This document shows positions 61,450-64,000 of a stretch of DNA of 64,000 nucleotides, piece after piece. The notes under the pieces were generated by a model that saw nothing but the letters and a program-made list of their open reading frames with translations, did no database searches and was not told the origin of the DNA. A program made the translations under genes and the position numbers. Origin of the DNA: Octopus sinensis (Eukaryota); NCBI RefSeq assembly GCF_006345805.1, contig NC_043002.1, positions 4,588,001 to 4,652,000 of the forward strand, in the 5' to 3' direction. The first letter of the stretch is position 1. The number at the start of each line of letters is the position of its first letter.

Positions 61450-61620
61450 TCAAATTTACAAAAAATGACAACAAAAGAAGACAAGTGAAGGAACAACAGA
61501 CAGGTGCATTAGTTTAACGCTCTGGAAGAATGGAAAAGTCTTTGACGTTTCGAGCCGACGCTCTTCGACAGAAAAGATTCAGAAGGGGGAGGAATGGGAT
61601 AGAACGGGAAAAAACGGAGA
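61450..61620 (-). mobile_element. Terminal module copy (GAAGAGC/GCTCGAAAC family), diverged
   Basis: gtttcgagccgacgctcttcgacag at 61547-61571 plus flanking similarity (caggtgcattagtttaacgctc). Confidence 0.5.
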
Positions 61621-62521
61621 GAAGAGCAAGTGCGTAGGAATTAACGGTTCAACATAACGAAATGACCATGACTATACGACAGGCTTCTTTCAGTTTCCGT
61701 CTACCAAACAGTCACAAGTCTTTGGTCCGCTATAGTAAAAGATACTTGTCCAAGGTGTCCCAGAGTGGGACTGAACCTGGAAACATGTGGTTGGAAAGCG
61801 AACTTCTTACCACACAACTACGCTTAGTATGTTTTTTATCTATTTATAAATTTATTTTGCATTTCAGACATAAAGATTTGACTGTTGTTTCTAGCAGAAC
61901 GGGCGACTACAGAGAGCCTTTCCTCTCTGGCTCGTCCGTTCGCTGCTCCGACTATCAGTCCGGCAGTCCGCCTGGCTGGCCGACGGAATAGCTGGCAGGC
62001 TGGCGTGCTGACAGGAGGACAAGCTGACTGGCAGGCTGGCTGGCGCTGCTAGGGCCGTCGCTGGTGACATGACCGTATTATACACGCTCAGCAGCTTCGG
62101 TAGTCAGTGAGGCGAGGGTCTCTCAACGTTAATCAGAGTGATAGGCCCCCGACATGAATGCCAAGCATACGCTCCCGTTTCTCCCAGTAAGCTTTCACCT
62201 AGCGCAAACACCCTGACACCCACATATCCATCCAACTAGACATACGCATACAACACACATACACATACACATACATGTATCTACCCACATCTACAAGCAC
62301 AGAAACACATCAAACCTCCCACACCTTATTACTTCAGCACCCACCTATTCTTACCAGGAAGAGCGCATACGCATAGACAGAATACACATACACACACACG
62401 CACTCCTACGGTTACTCTTGTGCGTGTAACCGTTGAGCCACCCTCTTCCTTCCATTTTTCCGATGCGTATCTGTGGCTGTTTATACATGCCTGTCCATTG
62501 ATATGTAGAAATAAGCAAACG

Positions 62522-62566
<45 letters not shown>

Positions 62567-62839
62567 TTTGTGTGTGTATGTGTAAATAGTGACGCAAGGT
62601 CAACTTATAGGGCGTATGTCTTCAATAAGCACATATTTTTAATCTTGTTATAAAGAGATGTTTGTAGTTTCACAACACATCTCTCTCTGAGACCAGGAAA
62701 AGGGGGTCGGCGTGGCTCGACCCCGCGTTTTTTACCCCTTCTTAGGATGACGGACCAAAATGTCACACCGGGCTAACAATTTATATACGAAAGAATTTTC
62801 AATACAAAGTTTACTTGCCAACTCTCTCTCTCTCTCTCA

Positions 62840-62896
<57 letters not shown>

Positions 62897-63684
62897 TCTC
62901 TCTCTCCCCACTCTCTCACTCCTCTCTTCACTCTCCTCTCTCTCCCTCTCTTTCACTCCCTCTTTCGTGACTGTAGTGAGAAAGACGCTTCCCAACGAAA
63001 TGTTTCCAGGTTCAGTCCCGCTGTGTGACACCTTGTGCCAGTGCCTTCTACCGTAGTTCCAGACCGACCAAAGATTTGAGAAAACCTGGTTGTCGCAAAC
63101 TGAAAGAAGACCGTCGTTTGTGTGTGTGTGTGTGTGTACGCGTTGTGTGTGTGTACGCGTGTGTGGATGTCGTCCACCGGTTGACAACTGGTGTTGGTTT
63201 CTTTACGTCACTGTAACTTAGAGGTTTGATAAAAGAGACGACAAAATAAGTACCAAGCTTTAAAAAAGATGTACTGAGGTCGATTCTTTCGGCGAAAACC
63301 CTTACTATTTTTATTGAAACTTCTTCACTGTTCTCGTTCTGTCAACGTTTTGGCGTTCAGTCGAGTGTATTGGCATGAATGTGGCAACATTTGAAATGTT
63401 GTCGAGGTATATGTTTGGCTGATGAAGAAAATCAAGTATATGTGGGCAGACATATCTTGAAAAATCTGAACCGGTACCACATTATCCCTTTCTAGTATTT
63501 CATCTTTCAGATGTTCTCCCTGGAGGTAAGACAATTTTTTCAAGTTGTTGCACACACGCATTTTTGCTAGTACATAAGCAGTGAGCTATACATAAGCGTC
63601 GTATTTATTACGTTTGCTATTTTCCAGTAAATATCGGTACTTCGTTGTGCCATTTATTTGCTTTTAGTATGTATATATATATAT

Positions 63685-63724
<40 letters not shown>

Positions 63725-64000
63725 ATATATATATATACATATGTGGGTGTGTTGTGTATGTATATGTATGTATGTGTGGTACGTATGTACGTGTGTATGT
63801 ATGTATGTATGCATGGTATGTATGTATGTATGTATGTATGTATGTATGTATGTATTATGTAGGTAGGTAGGTATGTAGGTAGGTAGGTAGGTAGATAGGT
63901 AGGTAGGTAGGTATATGTATATGTGTACACATATTGGGTTCCCAAATAAATACATTCGTTTTTTAATCCACCTCTATTCATCACCAATTTTTTAAAATTC

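Overview
Eukaryotic (non-prokaryotic) genomic DNA, very rich in microsatellites (TA, GATA, TACA, TAA, GAT) and tRNA-derived SINEs. The repeat landscape suggests an octopod cephalopod (Octopus-like); this is an inference, not a database result. The only host gene I can support is the 3' part of a Vsx/Chx10 (visual system homeobox) gene on the + strand, which the ORF track mostly misses. It has three exons: 15095-15218 (homeodomain helices 1-2), 29138-29318 (helix 3 + CVC domain) and 31707-32359 (end of CVC, OAR motif, Gln-rich tail, stop). All junctions are GT-AG with matching phases. The 5' exons were not found and probably lie upstream of the window. Almost all other listed ORFs are microsatellite or repeat artefacts. 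Mobile DNA includes four SINE types, Tx1/L1-like LINE fragments sitting in GATA tracts, R4/Dong-like RLE-LINE fragments sitting in TAA tracts, decayed Penelope-like (RT/GIY-YIG) elements, an RTE-like remnant and a decayed mariner. The most striking structure is a 624-bp near-perfect palindrome (53900-54523; 4 mismatches found by eye, essentially no spacer). Each arm carries a complete type I hammerhead ribozyme fold (CUGAUGA...GAAAC-AAUU-GUA) in opposite polarity. Also notable: an older inverted pair of Penelope-like 3' ends with a hammerhead-like relic, a ~789-bp tandem duplication, and several smaller foldbacks. No rRNA, true tRNA gene or CRISPR array was seen.
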